Below are positions 1 to 13,646 of a stretch of DNA of 64,000 nucleotides, in pieces. The notes under the pieces were generated by a model, which was not told where the DNA came from, did not search any database, and was given only the letters and a program-made list of their open reading frames with translations. The DNA comes from Camelus dromedarius (taxonomy: Eukaryota). Each line of letters starts with the position of its first letter. Within the stretch, counting starts at the first letter, position 1. The position numbers and the translations under genes were made by a program. The stretch covers positions 57,972,001-58,036,000 of the forward strand of contig NC_087437.1 in assembly GCF_036321535.1 (NCBI RefSeq), read 5' to 3'.

Positions 1-1429
1 CCATGTCCCTGCTCTCCCCATGCTTGACCTTCTCTCCAACCACGTGTCTACTGCGCTCCCAAGTGCATCACACTGTGTCCTGCCTGTGTGTGTGCATCTC
101 TGAGGCTCTCCCTCCCTATGAAGACTCCATGCCCGCTTTTCTTTCTGGCTCCCTCAGAAGTCTCAGCACAGGTGTCAGCCCCTCTAGGACGCCACCTCAT
201 GTCCTCCAGTGCAACTCGATGCTCCTCGCCCAGGCTCGCATAGAACTCCAAACGTTCCTCTTCCATGACTTAAACTGCTGGGTGCCCTTAGGGCTCCCCT
301 TTCAGAGTTGAAGCTCTGTGAGGAAAAGCACCCCAGAATCATCTGTATAATGTCCAACGCAGTGCACCACAGCTAACAGATACCCGTTAAGTATTAGGTG
401 AAGGCAGGAAAAGCAGGATTTCCCTGAAGGAAAACTGAGGCCCACAGTGGGTATGGGACTTGCCCAACATCACAAAAATAAGTGGCAGAGTCCCTGTGAA
501 ATCCATTCCACTGGCACCCTGGGGCCAAGGCCAGCCCACTCTCCACACCGCTCTATCGCTAGTTTGGGGCTCTGGGTATTTCAGAAATAGTGGTGCTATA
601 TATTTAAACACTCCTGCCTGTGTTCATTTGATAAACCTAAGGAATCTGAAACAGAAATACTTAAAAGGGAATACACTGCTTTGTAGAAAACTAGAAAATA
701 GTTAAATTTACTGATTTCTGAATCACTGACAACATTGCATTCTATCTATTGTAATCTTTATAATCAAGTGAAGAACAAGAGGAGACTCTACTTCCAAAAA
801 TACACCTATATATTTACCTATAATTAAACCAAGGAGAAAGGAGATTTTGTAATTCAAATAAATACAGTCAAAATTAAGATAGAGGAATTTTTTTTTTTTG
901 GTCTCATCCAAGCAAAATATTATTTATCAAAATAAAACTAATGACCCATCATGGTTACTGAATTTCTACGGCCATTTTGTCAAAAGCAAGCCAAGGATTT
1001 GCAGTATTTACAGCAAATCCCAACCAAAGCAGTGGCTGGAAAAACCATTGTGACAGATTTTTTTCTGAGCCCTCACTCATCAGGAATTTCAATCTCATTA
1101 TTTGAGAAGAAGTCAGATTTCCAGTTGCCCAGAGCCATCTATGGCATATAAGAGACTGGGCGAGTTGTGAAATGGTAAATACAGACCAAGGGTTAAGGTT
1201 GCACGTGAACAAGCATTAAATGCTTCCAAATAGCACTTTCAGAGGACTGTGCATCGAATTAGAGGTCAAGCTTGCTGTCAAGGTGACCCAGAGGAAGCCT
1301 CTCACACAGCGCGCCTATCTTGCCCTCCAGTCTGTCCTAACAGGACCCCTCCAGGTGTCCGGGAGCAGCTTCTGCTTCCCTGTCTCTAGGACACTGTTCA
1401 CCTCTGGAATGCACCTTTCTCTTCCACTC

Positions 1430-1815
1430 TTTTTTTTTTTTTTAACAGCTTTATTGAGGTATAACTGACATGCAAAAAACTTCATATTTAACATATATAA
1501 TTTGATGAGCTTGAACACATGCATACATCCTTGAAACCATCACCACAATAAAGGTAATAAACATATCCACTACCTCCAAAAGTTTCTTTGTGTCCCTTTA
1601 TTTTTGTTGGTGGTAGTGGTGGTTGTCTGTTTTGTCTGTGTGTGTATGTGTGTGATAAGAACACTTAACATGAGATCTGCCCTCTTGACAAATCTCTAAG
1701 TGCACAACCCAGCACAGTTACTATACTGTACAGTGTATACTATATGTATTATGTTGTACAGATCTCTAGAACGTATTCATCTTTCATAACTGAAACTTTA
1801 TATCAAACTGAACAT
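1430..1815 (-). mobile_element. L1 3' end fragment (L1MA/L1MB-like)
   Basis: Poly-T followed by cagctttattgaggtataactgaca...gaaaccatcaccacaat...aacacttaacatgagatct, a typical reverse-oriented L1 3'UTR. Confidence 0.85.
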
Positions 1816-2861
1816 TTCATCCCAATTCTTCTTAGTTACCTACAAAACTATCCCAAATTCCATGTTCTAGAAGTAAAACAAAACAGAAGAACTTTCCAGA
1901 TGCCACCAAATTCCTTTTTACTCTTTAAAGATTTATAATTCAGATAAACAAATTCTGTCAAGAACAGTTTGTTGAGTGAACAGCCCCTTCCAATTAGTTT
2001 TGTATGTTCTTAATCACCCTGTAGTGGGCTCTTAGAGGGAGAAGGTCCTATCATGTCTACATCTTTCTCTTGGTCCCTAATCCCTCAGCAAATGTGTCAA
2101 ATTCCCTATAACAATCATGCCACTGGAAGTGGTACAAGTGATCTATGCAATTTCCCTATTCTGGCTAGAACTGCAGAGGCTCGCTCAGAGCCCTTGATAG
2201 GAAGTGTCTTTGAGAGGCTACAAGGCTGAAAACGGGAAACATGCCTCATGCTCCTTTGTAGCACCTTGGGCTGGTCACCACATCCTTGCTGACTCCCTGC
2301 TCTGAGTCACCCACACATGAAAGGGGAGCTTTCATCCCAGCATCTTAAAAATCCTCCACTTGGAAGAAAGAGCCAGTTCTCTCTGGAGGATAAAAGTGAA
2401 ACTGCAACTGTGTGAAATGTGTCTCAGCCAGGTGCGGGGCCCTGCTGGAGTCAGCGCTGGGACAGACTCACATCTCTCTCAATCAATAGGCTAGTTTGAA
2501 ACTTTTCTCTCCAAAGTGTCTGAAACTGAGCCGACCAAAGCAATTTAGAAACCTAACCCGTGTAACTCGGGTCACACAATGTGCCTTTCAGTCACTGACA
2601 TCATTTCTCATTATGGGCAAATCAGGCAAAGGCACAGTTTGCTGTAAATGAAGACGTGGCTCAGACCAAAGGTGCCCAGCTTCAGTTTCTGAAACGATTA
2701 TTCTTAGTACATCAGCCACCGCTTTACCGTAGCTCTGAGCTGCACCCCGGACCCCACCCTGCCTTCCCATCTGGCTCTCAGAAGTCCCTTTTCTTCTGTG
2801 TCATCTGCAGTTCCCCTAATGTAACAGGACCTTAATAATATCAGCAACCCACCCCGACAAA

Positions 2862-2920
2862 TCCTGCCTGACACTTAGTAGGAATACAGTAAATATTTGT
2901 TGAATGAATGACTAAATGGA
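2862..2920 (+). mobile_element. L2 3' end fragment
   Basis: gcctgacacttagtagg...aaatatttgttgaatgaatga is the L2 terminus. Confidence 0.7.
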
Positions 2921-3184
2921 AATTGATTGAGGATGATGGAACCAGCTTTTAACAGCTCTTGAGCTCCAAGGAAAGGCACTCCGTAAATAAGAACCCAGGG
3001 CTATTAGCACTAGTTGGCTGTTGTTCAACCCCATATCGGGTATGATATAAACTTCTAAATACGATCTGCACACTTAGAGGCTCAAAGGAGCTCTGGAGAC
3101 TGCATTTATGTTCCACGGAAGTGATTTCCAAAATAATAACAATGTTAATGATGATAATAACCATTTCATACATGGACTTCTTTT

Positions 3185-3378
3185 CAGTTTGCAAAGCACT
3201 TAGGCATCCATTACCACATTAACCCTTCCCAACAACCCTGTGAGACAGATCTCATTATCTCCAGGTTGAAGGAACTGGACTCACAAAAGGGATGTGACGT
3301 GTCCAAAGTCACACCAGCTAGTAGGACACAAAACAGGACCTCAACAGTAATCCGCCCGAGGCAGTACTTTTTCTACCA
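3185..3378 (-). mobile_element. MIR SINE
   Basis: caaagcactt...aacaaccctgtgag...attatctcca...ccaaagtcacaccagctagta resembles the MIR core. Confidence 0.65.
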
Positions 3379-3947
3379 TATGGCACCTACCTTTGAGTGG
3401 ATTTCTTTTTAAAGAAGTAAGAGTAATTCAGTAATTCAGGCAAGACAGTTTAGTTTTTGACTGGATAAGCCCTCAACTTTGTAAAACGTATCCTACTTCT
3501 AAAAGTGGGTTCTTGTTAACCTTGCTTCAGAACAGGTATTATCATGTGGCTTTTAAATCATAGAGAGTTGGGGATAGGAGGGACCTTAGACCTCATTTAT
3601 CCTTTAACTCTTTCAGATATTTACTGAGCTCTTACTTCACTGTGGAGTAAATGCACAGCTCTGGGGAGGGGACAGATGTGTCCGTCATCAAGGATCCCAG
3701 CTGGGCAACAGCACGGGATATGAAACAAGCAAGGTGGAAACTGATCAGCAGCATCTGCAAGTCAAACAGGTGACCAGCAGGTGAAGGAAGAGAGCCAGCT
3801 TCCAGTTAGGAAGTTCAGGGAGAGCTCCGCAGCATTTAAAACAGAGAGAATTAGTGAAGAGAACAAATCAAGGAGAAAGGAGCTTAGAGACAAAAAACAC
3901 AGTCAGGATGCCTCATGGATAAGAGAGAAGTTGGGTTTTCTGGAGTA

Positions 3948-4246
3948 GAGTCAGCCACCATACCTACAGGTTCCATATCCAATGAATCGCAGGTTGAAAA
4001 TATTAACAAATTCCAGAAAGTTCCAAAAAGCAAGAATGCATTTGCCACATTGGCAACTATTTACACAGCATTTACATTGTATTAAGTATTACACATAATC
4101 CAGAGATGATTTAAAGTATATGGGAGGATGTTCGAAGGTTATGTGCAAATGTGGTGCCATTTTATGTAAGGGACCCAAGCATAAGCAGGTTTTGGTATCA
4201 CAGGGGGTCCTGGGACCGATCCCTTGCATGTACCAAGGGGCAACTG
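3948..4246 (-). mobile_element. MER2-like Tigger-family DNA transposon (non-autonomous)
   Basis: Right end ggggtcctgggaccgatccc...ccaaggggcaactg is the reverse complement of the MER2 5' end; internal gagatgatttaaagtatatgggaggatg. Confidence 0.75.
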
Positions 4247-4924
4247 TCTCCAGAGGACTGGTGTTATGGAAGGTCAGAGTCAGACGGCAGAGGGCCTTGA
4301 ATGCCAGGCTCACTTACAGATGAGGAATCCAAGGCCAGAGAGGTCTGATTCTCCTTTTTCCATCCTTCTCTCTCATACATTTCCGAAATTGCTAATCTGA
4401 ATTTTTGGAGATTTTCTGAAATCTGCCAATATCTTCTCAGCTAGCAAGGGAAACCAATGTCTTCATTAACAAAAGCTAAAACACTGCCTCGCTATTTTCT
4501 TTCCAAACACAATACGGTCAAAATGTAGAAAAGACTATTCAACCCAGTCCCACACAGTAGGCTTTAGAAAAGTTTTCAACAGGAGGCAGGTCACAAGTGT
4601 GTTGTTCCCTCTGGGACCACTCCAGCTACCTGCCCATGGCACCTCAGTCCATACTGAGTTTCCTCGCCCCCTTCTGCTCCCAGTGTGCTTGGGTTAAGCA
4701 TGTCATTGGCCCTGTCATGCTCACTGCTTCACATCTCCTGGAACTGCCCAAGCCCCAGCTCTGAGCCTGGCACTGACAACTATTAAAGTCCAAAGCAGGG
4801 TATGAGTAATTTGCCTACAACTGGCCATAAGTCACACCCTTTTCTTGTGAACACACAAGCGTGCATGCATTTTCATGCATTTCCATGATGCTGTGGAGCA
4901 AGGCAACTCTGAAGCCTGCAGGGT

Positions 4925-5170
4925 GGAAAGAACCCAGGCTAGGCAGTTAGGGAGTCAGAGGACTGCGTCTGGCCCTTTCCTTATTAGACACTAGTTTTCC
5001 CTGTGACCTTGGTCAAGTAACTTCCCTTCTCTCTGAACTTCTGCAGAAGAGAGTAGTAATATCTAGCTGCCCAGCATATGCTGACAGGCTTGTTGTATCC
5101 AACGACCTAATGGATGTGAAAGTTGTCTATAAGCCATAAACCGCTCAACAAACTTGGATTTTGTTATAAT
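4925..5170 (+). mobile_element. MIR SINE
   Basis: ctgtgaccttggtcaagtaacttcccttctct...gatgtgaaagt matches the MIR core. Confidence 0.6.
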
Positions 5171-6604
5171 TACCATTGTTCATCTTGTTATTTACAGCTT
5201 CAGTATTAACCATAAAAGAGGCCTCAAGGATCACCAGTTCCAAGCCTTTTTTTTTTCCAATGAGAAAACAAGTCATGCGCAGTATCACAATGGAAATTAA
5301 TATCAAGGATGACTCCTAACCCCCAGCCCAGAAGTCACTGCCCTAGAACCGAGGGCTGTGCTATCAAGTAACCTTCCAAACAAGGCCTGTCTGGGACTTT
5401 AAGTCTTTTAAAAAATATTTTATATGTTGATCCAGAAGATGGTAAGGGAGGCTATTTATATTATCTACATTTAATGAAAATAAAAAAAGGAGGCCGATAG
5501 GTCAAGTGATGTGGCAAAATTCCAACAAGAAGAGATGAATAAGAAGGAAACAGCAGAAAGTCAGCCTCTCCCTGCAGGTCAAGTACTAGATGAGACAGCA
5601 TCGCCAAACCCCTGAAATGACACGTTCTATCGCTCTTTCAAGACACCACTGCTCTGCTCCTCAGAAGCGTACACAACACAGATCCATATATTTTGACCTA
5701 AAAATTTCATTTGAAGAATCCCATGACCCCACTTGCAGTAATTGGAGTCTAGCAGATGTAGGACTGTCAATTCTGCACAACTTGGCCACCTTCTCACCCA
5801 GACTTGTTCTGACGACTTTGGCAAAAGCTCCTTTCCTGCAAACTCTGGAATAACAATCACCTCTGCTTAGCCTTGCCTTTTTTTCCCTCTACCATAACAC
5901 ACATGACTTCAGTCCTCGGAACAGAAGGTTCACTTTATTTTCCTATCTAGAACCTTTGGGTTTCCAAGAATTCATACTCATTTGGATTGTAGAAAGATAG
6001 TTCAGTACCTTTCTTAATACACTATAACTACCCCAACAGGACTTAGGATGGGATCCCACAATCAAATGCTTTACTATTTTATTGGTCCTTCAATAAGACA
6101 TTTGAATGTTTTCAGTAAGTGGGAAAAGTAAGACTAAACAGTCTTGCATTATGACAGGTCAGGTTTTGCCACTAAGTGAGTCTGCTGCACATTTACAGAA
6201 AAACAGATTTCAGAACTTTTTGGATTTTGGAATTGCAGATAAGGGATCTATACAGTTTCTCAGTTTGTACAACTACTCAGTTCAACTCAACTAACACTGA
6301 TGCTTCCTTTTGTCTAAGAATCATCAATGTTACTCTTACACTGGCTTGTCTTACACTGGTGGTTTTATTACACTGGGTTGATTTTTCCTGTGGATCTTTT
6401 CTCTCTTCATAAGGAAACACCACAGAAAATAAAATAGATGAAAGATGCCATTACTGATAGATGCATTTGCCTCCTCTTTCCTTTCAACAGCAGGGTCTTT
6501 GTTGTTGGCAGTGAAAGCAAGTACCTGATGTCATCTAAATTATCAGTGTGATCGTGGGACAGATGGAAAGACAGAAGGCTAAGGGCTAGTCTGACAACAA
6601 TTAC

Positions 6605-7027
6605 TGCTATGGACTGAACTGTGCTTCTCCAAAATTCCTATGTTGAAGCCCTAACCCCCAGTGTAACTGTATGGAGATACAGTCTGTGAGGAGGTAAGTA
6701 GGTTAGATGAGGTTGTAAGGGATGGGGCATATTCCAATGGCATTAGTGTCCTTGTTAGAGCAGACACCAGAGCTCACTCTCTCTCGTGTTCTCTCTTTCT
6801 CTCCACCCTGTACCTGCCCACATCCCTACCCTGGCCATGTTAGGACACAGCAAGAAGGTGGTTATCTATCTGTAAGCCAGGAGGAAGAAAGTCCTCACCA
6901 GGAACAGGATTCACTGGCACCTTGATCTTGGACTTCCCAGCCTCCAGAACTGTCAGGAGTAAATTTCTGTGTTTGAAGCCACCCAGACTATGATATCTTG
7001 TTACAGCAGCCTGGACTGACTAACACA
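6605..7027 (+). mobile_element. MaLR solo LTR (MLT1A/B-like)
   Basis: TG...CA ends; tgctatggactgaactgtg...gttgaagccctaaccccca...gcaccttgatcttggacttcccagcctccagaactgt...gactaacaca. Confidence 0.88.
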
Positions 7028-8158
7028 GTCATTGTTACAACTCTCCTCATTCTATCTTCTTACACTGTATACACATCATGTGTTTTACTCATAGTAATTT
7101 TGTTTGGGGTACACAGTCCAAGGCCTTATTATTTGTAGAGCATTTACTAAGCACAGAGCTAGGTGTTGGAAGATCTAAATTCCAGACTTGGTTCTGCCAC
7201 CAACGAGATGTGTGAACCTAGACAGGTCACTTCCTTTCCTCCGAGACTGACAGAGTTATGGACTGGATAATCGCTAAGTTTCCTTCTGATACTGACATTC
7301 TAAGATACGGAGAATTTCACCACGCCCAGTTTCCACTTCCCAGCAATGCTTTTTGGCAAAGTCAGGAAACAACTCAAGAATCATTATGCCATCCTTTCAC
7401 CTCACTCCAACCCCAAGACCATTCTGATTGTTCTCACACTTACCTCTAGGGTGTTAGTAAGATCGATGGAGCTGTTTGTGTTTCTTAAATGGAAAAACTT
7501 CTCATGAGTATCCCTGTGAGCCTGACTGTGGTCAGAGCTGCTCCGTGAATTGCCGATGATCTGCACTTCAGAAAGATGCTGAAGTAAATGTAAATTACAG
7601 CAGGGTCAACTTGGGGCTAAGAAGTAATTCTTCCCAAGATGCCCATCTGGCAAAAGCCCATAAGGTGGGGAGGCAAAGATCACGGAAGCACGTTTTACAT
7701 CTACGAACTACCTTCCCAGCAGAGGCCAGGTCAAGGAAGGGGACACAAAGTCATGCAAGTGACTTCGTCCACCGAAAGAGTTTTCGTTCTGCTTCGTTTT
7801 TCCCCTTGCTCCTGGCCAGAGATGCCTAACGCTGTGGCTGGCCCTGTGAGTCAGGCAGGCAAGTGACCTCACTTCCTCTGCCCACCCACCACCTCGTACT
7901 CCTTTCCCAAGTAACATCTTCCACTCTGATGTTCAGTTCTTCCCCCTTCTCCACCAAATCCTCTGTCCCTGGGTCTGACTTCTCTTCTCCTTATCCTAAA
8001 ACATTAAAGGGATAGTAACCTCATCAGAGGAAATGCTTAACTTTACCCTCTAATCAGTACTCACACTGCAGTGTAGCTAATGGATTATGATTGACATGAC
8101 CTGCACCATCTTTGAGTTACACTGCATGACCCTCAAATATTTATGGAAGTATTTCTGC

Positions 8159-8334
8159 CAGAGGTTTCCCATTCTGGTTGTGAATCAGAATCACTTGAAA
8201 ATCTTGTTAAAATACAGATTTCCAAGCCAAGTCGAACCAGAACTTACAGGAGTGTGCTCTGGAATCTGCATTTTAAGAAGCTCTCCAGTACTTTCTAGGC
8301 AATTAGGCTATTAGTGGTCATTTGGGAAATACTG
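8159..8334. mobile_element. MER5A-like hAT-Charlie MITE
   Basis: Imperfect terminal inverted repeats cagaggtttccca / tgggaaatactg; internal atcagaatcac...ttgttaaaatacagatt...ggaatctgcatttta. Confidence 0.7.
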
Positions 8335-8384
8335 ATGTCGGTTTCTTACACACAGAAGCAGAGACCCCATGTCTTTAATCCTGA

Positions 8385-8760
8385 TGTTGGGATTAATTCT
8401 CAATCTTTGCTACATAAAACAAAAATATAATTTTAACTTGTTTAACCAAAAAGGGAGATTTATTGCAAGGACACTGGAGCAGATCATGAAAGTCTAAGAA
8501 GGAATGCTTTTGGGCTCGAGAACAACTAGGAAGTCAGAACTCTGTTTCACATCTTGACCGGCTCCTGTCTATCTACTTGGTTTGACTTGACTGCCTCACC
8601 TCAGATAGGCTTCCTCCCCTCCTCAGTGGCAGAATGTGACCGCCATTATTTCCAAATGCTGTATGTTTCAGTCTGTACACCCAGACAACTTTCTCTTCTC
8701 GAAGTCCAAATTCCCGGGGAGACAATCTGATTTGGCCTGGGAGGTATCAGGTTCCACACT
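8385..8760 (-). mobile_element. Old MaLR LTR remnant (MLT1-like)
   Basis: Degenerate similarity (aaagggagatttattg...gagacaatctgatttggcc). Confidence 0.45.
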
Positions 8761-9564
8761 CCCTAAAGTAAACAGACGTAGCACACTTAACACATATATT
8801 CTCCCCACCGCCACCTCTGTGTGTGTGTGTGTTTCTCGCTCTTCCATGTACTATGACAGAGACTATTAAAAGATTCCTGAATCTCACATTTTTGTATCAG
8901 GTAGCTTCTCTGGCTGGTTACTACAGCTGGGGTGAGGTTGCCAATGGAAGCTCTCTCAGTCACTCTGTAGCTAGAGACTGATGGGTAGTGACAGTTCTCA
9001 GAAAAGTGGGAAGTTCCTCAAGGACAGTAGGAGGGATAAGTGCAGGGTAAGGGCGCACACTCCCATGTACCTCTCTGAGTGCTCATCGTGGTGCTTCACC
9101 CCAAATAAATGCCTAATAAACATTCATTAATTAGAGCACTGAGCCAGAAATAGTCAGAAGATCTGATTTCAAGTGCCAATTGCAAAACTGACTAGCTATG
9201 TAAACATCTACTCTCTAAATCAGTTTCTTCCTCTAAAGAGTGAAAATAACTTATATGGTTATTTGGTGGACAGATAAAATTCAAAACTAGGCACACATAC
9301 TTTTATAAGTATTGTAAACCACAAACAACTCTATAAATTTTAAGTACGATTTTCAAAGATCTTAGATATATGTTTGGATTGAGACCTTCTCATTCACTGT
9401 TAAAGACTCGTGTGCTTCGTTTAATAAGGTTACTTATTAATGGGAATGCAAACAGAGACCTAGAGTCCACCTTGTTTGAAGATCTTCCCTTCTATCAAAG
9501 TTATCGACAGTTTAAATGTCATCCTTCGATGGAGCCTACTTCTGGGGGCAGCACTGAACATTCA

Positions 9565-9760
9565 CTACAGACCAGCACCGTGTTAAGCCCCTTACACACA
9601 TTATCTCATTTACTGTGGACAACAGCCCTTTGAATTAGGTATAAATAGCATCTCCATTTTACACAAAAGGAAGTTGAGTCTTAGACAGGTGTTGAGTAAC
9701 TTACCCAAGGACGCACAGATATTAAGTGGTTGAGTCTAGATTCAGACCAAAGTCTCTCAC
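9565..9760 (-). mobile_element. MIR SINE
   Basis: acattatctcattta...aacagccctttg...ctccattttacac...gtaacttacccaagg. Confidence 0.7.
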
Positions 9761-10930
9761 TAAAATGAGTGTGTTTGAATTTATCTTTCTTAAAGTGTCA
9801 TAGAAATTTCTACATTACCCAGCAACACATTATTGTTAATGGTCTCCCTATAACTTGCTTTAAGATATGACTAATTCAATAGTATCATTATAGCTAAGCT
9901 TTTTAAAATACAACACATTTTGTCCTCAAGGCTGAAGCTGTAAGTGTTCTCTAATGAATTATTCCCCGAACCTGATTCTGATGTATTTTTAATTGAAAAA
10001 CATCGTGCTCAGACTAAGCGCAAAAAAGTAAATGGTAAAATCTGTTTGTAAGCCAGATGTAAAACGCAAGATGACTCTTAAAAAGCTTGTAAAGATTCAA
10101 CTTGTAAATTGCCAACAAATAGATCAATTAAATTTTAACCTTAATTTGTGTCACTTCTGGGTTTTTTGTCCTCTGGCCTAGCTCTTCTCTCTTGCAGGCT
10201 TTTCTTCCTCTTTTATAAAAGCAGAAGTTCAATCCAGATTTTCAAACAAAATCAAAGTCCTCTGACATTATATAAATATTGTATAATGATTTTATGCACC
10301 ATAAAAATCACTGAATCATAGAATATTAGAACCAGAGTGAATCTTAGTGATTATCTGGTATAAACCACTCAGTTTATAAAAAAAAAAAAACTGAGACCAA
10401 GAGAAAAAGGGTTATACAGCAAATTTATGTTCTTGTATTCACAGATAATTTCAAAGACAACATTGATCTAGAAGTTAAAAAAAGTCACATTGCTAATTAC
10501 TATACATCAGTTCCCCATGCTTACCTCAGTTTATCCCTCTTTATCTGTTTATCCCTCTGAAAAAGATGAGAAGAGTGCATTAGATGATCTCTAAGAGAAC
10601 TGCCATCTCTAAGGTATTTTTTCTTAATTTTTCCCACCCATAAAGACATATGCAACTATATGACACATATATTCACATCCATATCTATATTTCTTCCTAT
10701 GCTTGAGTATTTGTATCCACTATTCCAAGTTAACTCAGTATTCAAAATTATGAACCTACTGATTAATAGAGAATTATTGGTAGACCAGCTTTCATAATTT
10801 TCAGCTTCAAGCTCAAGCCCATTCTGAAGACCATGGATACTGTATGTTATATTTTTCTAGGAACACAGAATTTCAGTCTACTTCTGTTAGATACTGTAGA
10901 TAATCAGAACACAAGGCAATAAAAAGAAGC

Positions 10931-11345
10931 TGTGTTAGATTCTATTTGGCATAAGTGACAAAACCCCAGCAGACTAAAGCAAAATGAGAATATATTGGAA
11001 GAATAGGTAAGAATCTTCTAAAATAATTGAACAGCAAAGCTATAACTGGCTTCAGGAGTAACTGTAATCAGGGTTGTGAGAGTCTTCAAGAGACCCTCCA
11101 CCTCTCTTCACTGCTTCTCTCCAAAAACAGCTTCATTATTCTCTTGCAATAGATCACCTGTCCCCACACTTTGGGACACACGTCTGCCAACACCAGTGAT
11201 GCTAACCTTTTCACCCACAGACAGACAGTGATCCTACTCTCAGCCCGAAGATCAAAAATCTCAAAGAAAAGCGACTCTAACCTGGCTTGCCCTATGTATG
11301 CCCACTCCTGACCCAAACAATTGGGGCCAATGGTTAGGGTCATGA
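10931..11345 (-). mobile_element. Old MaLR LTR remnant (MLT1K/L-like)
   Basis: tgtgttagattct...aagtgacaaaacccc...gactctaacctggcttg...tgcccactcctgaccc. Confidence 0.5.
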
Positions 11346-12229
11346 GGCATTAAAATAATGATTTTCTTAATAAGCAAGCTGATGAGAAAAAGGGAGATTA
11401 CAGAAAGCAGTCTTTAGTAGACCATCTCTAGGCTTCCACTCCAAAAATCAAGTTCTGGGTTCCATGAGTACAAGGTTGGTATTTCAAATCAAGGGGAAAA
11501 TTATTTTCTGACGTGTCTGGAATAATTGAAAGATAACAGGGAGCTTGAGATAATGCTGCAATGGTAAAAGTCAAGTTCAACTCCAAGCACATTCCTACTC
11601 AAATTTTACATACCAATATGCTATGGAGATTGCAATCAATTTAATCTTTTCTAAAAAAAAAGTTAAGTACTGAAAGCACTGCTTTACATGTCAGTACATT
11701 TTTAATTTATAGTGATTGACAATGATGGGAAGATAGAATATCCTATGTAATCCATCTTTAACACCTTTGGTTCAAGAGAAGTGGCAAGTACTTTTATTCT
11801 CAAAAATATGGTTATTAGCTATGTATTTCATATACTCCCTCAGTTTACCTAAGCTTTCTCGTACTTTTTCAACTTCTTACCTACTATCCAGTTGGAGTTA
11901 AAATATCAGCTCATGACAACCGGAGGGCATGTGCTGGTACTGGTACCAGAGCATCCATGCTGTTCAGTAATGCTTCACCCTTCGCCTGAGTTGTCCAGCT
12001 AGAGTAGCTACCAACTAGCACCTGGGACAGGATGCAAACGAGACGAGGAGACCAACATGACTTCCCTTGTGCCAAGAGTCCCATCAACATGGCTCTCTTA
12101 GGAGTTGAGTGATGAGGAAGGAGGTTCATATGAATATTTAACAGTTGGTTTGAACTGTCATAAACCAAACAAGGCTTGTTTCTTTTCCAGCAATGCAATA
12201 AATTCATCAAAGATATTCTGGGTATGAGA

Positions 12230-13646
12230 TTTTTTTCTCTAAAAACTTTTTTAAGGGTAGTTTTAGATTCACTGCAAAACTGAGAAAAAGGTACAGAGAT
12301 ATCTATATATTCCTTGTCCCACCTCATATACACATAGCCTCCCCCCGTTATCAACTTTTCCCACCACAGTGGTACATTTGTTACAATTATTGAATCTAAG
12401 AAGAGACACTATTTCCACCCAAAGTCCATAGTTAACATTAGGGTTCACTCTTGGTATTGTACATTCTACAGGTTTGAACAAAGGTATAAAAATATGTATC
12501 CACCATTACAGTATCCATGCTGCCATAAAAACCCTCTGTGCTCTGCTTATTCACTCCTCCCTCCCCATTAACCCTGGCAAACACTGCCTCCATGGTTTTT
12601 TCTTTTAAATACCTTTATTGGGTTATGGTTCCTGTACAGTGAACTACACATATTTCAAATGTACAATTGGATGAATTCTGATAGATGTATACACCAATGA
12701 AACCACTACCAAAATCAAGATAACTAACATTTCTATCACTGCCCAGGAGGTGCAATTTTCAAATTCCCAATTTATCCCTTCCCACCCCCTTTCCTCCTGG
12801 TAACCATAAGTTTGCTCTCTATGTCTGTGAGTCTGTTTCTGTTTTGTAGATAAGTTTGTGTCCTTTTTTTTGGATTCCACATATAAGTGATATCATATGG
12901 CATTTGTTTTTATCTTCCTGGCTTACTTCACTTAGAATGACAATCTCCAGATCCTATCCACGTTGCTGCAAATGGTATTATTTTATTCTTTTTTATGGCT
13001 GAATAGTATTCCATTGCATATACATATACCACATCTTTATCCAGTCCTCTGTTGATGGACATTTGGGTTGTTTCCATGTCTTGGCTATTGTAAATAGAGC
13101 TGCTATGAACACTGGGGAGTCTCTGTAGTTTTTATTGTCTCAATCGTTTTGTCTTTTCCAGAATGTCTTATAGTTGGAATCAGATTGGCTTCTTTCACTT
13201 AGTAATATGCATTTCAGTTTCCTCCATGCTTGTCTACAATTTGATGGCTCAGTTCTTTTTAGCACTAAATAATATGCCATTATCTGGATGTACTACAGTT
13301 TATTTATCTATTCACCTACTGAAAGGCATCATGGTTGCTTCCAAATTTTGGCAATTATGAATAAAGCTACTACAAACATCTATGTGCAGCTTTTATATGG
13401 ATGTACACTTTCAGCTCCTCTGGGTTAATACCAAGATCTGGTTCATACGGTAAGAGTATATTTAGTTTTGTAAGGAATCACATATCTACCTTCCAAAATA
13501 GCTATACTGTTTTGCATTCCCACCAGTAAAGACTGAGAATTCCTGTTGCTCCACATCTTTGCCAGCATTTGGTGCTATCAGTATTCTGGATCTTGGTCAT
13601 TCTAATAGGTATATAGTGGAAGCTCATGGCTGTTTTAATTTGCATT
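12230..13646 (-). mobile_element. L1MA-like 3' segment interrupted by a nested insertion at ~12601-13118
   Basis: Reverse L1 3'UTR and ORF2 end (ttttagattcac...ttgcattcccaccag...ttttaatttgcatt). Confidence 0.85.
12601..13118 (-). mobile_element. Nested L1 insertion: artiodactyl-type L1 fragment (12756-13118) joined to a different L1 3' end (12601-12750)
   Basis: ggtaaccataagtttg...tatgtctgtgagtctgtttctgttttgta is the artiodactyl L1 3' signature. Degenerate flanking duplication at 12586-12600 / 13119-13133. Confidence 0.75.

Noticed and set aside
6335..6378. Three spaced copies of ttacactgg (superficially CRISPR-like)
   Set aside because: Only 9-bp repeats with 6-8 bp spacers in a mammalian genome; local micro-duplication.
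11911..12880. 147-, 70- and 78-aa ORFs
   Set aside because: Largely translations of L1 3' sequence running into flanking DNA.
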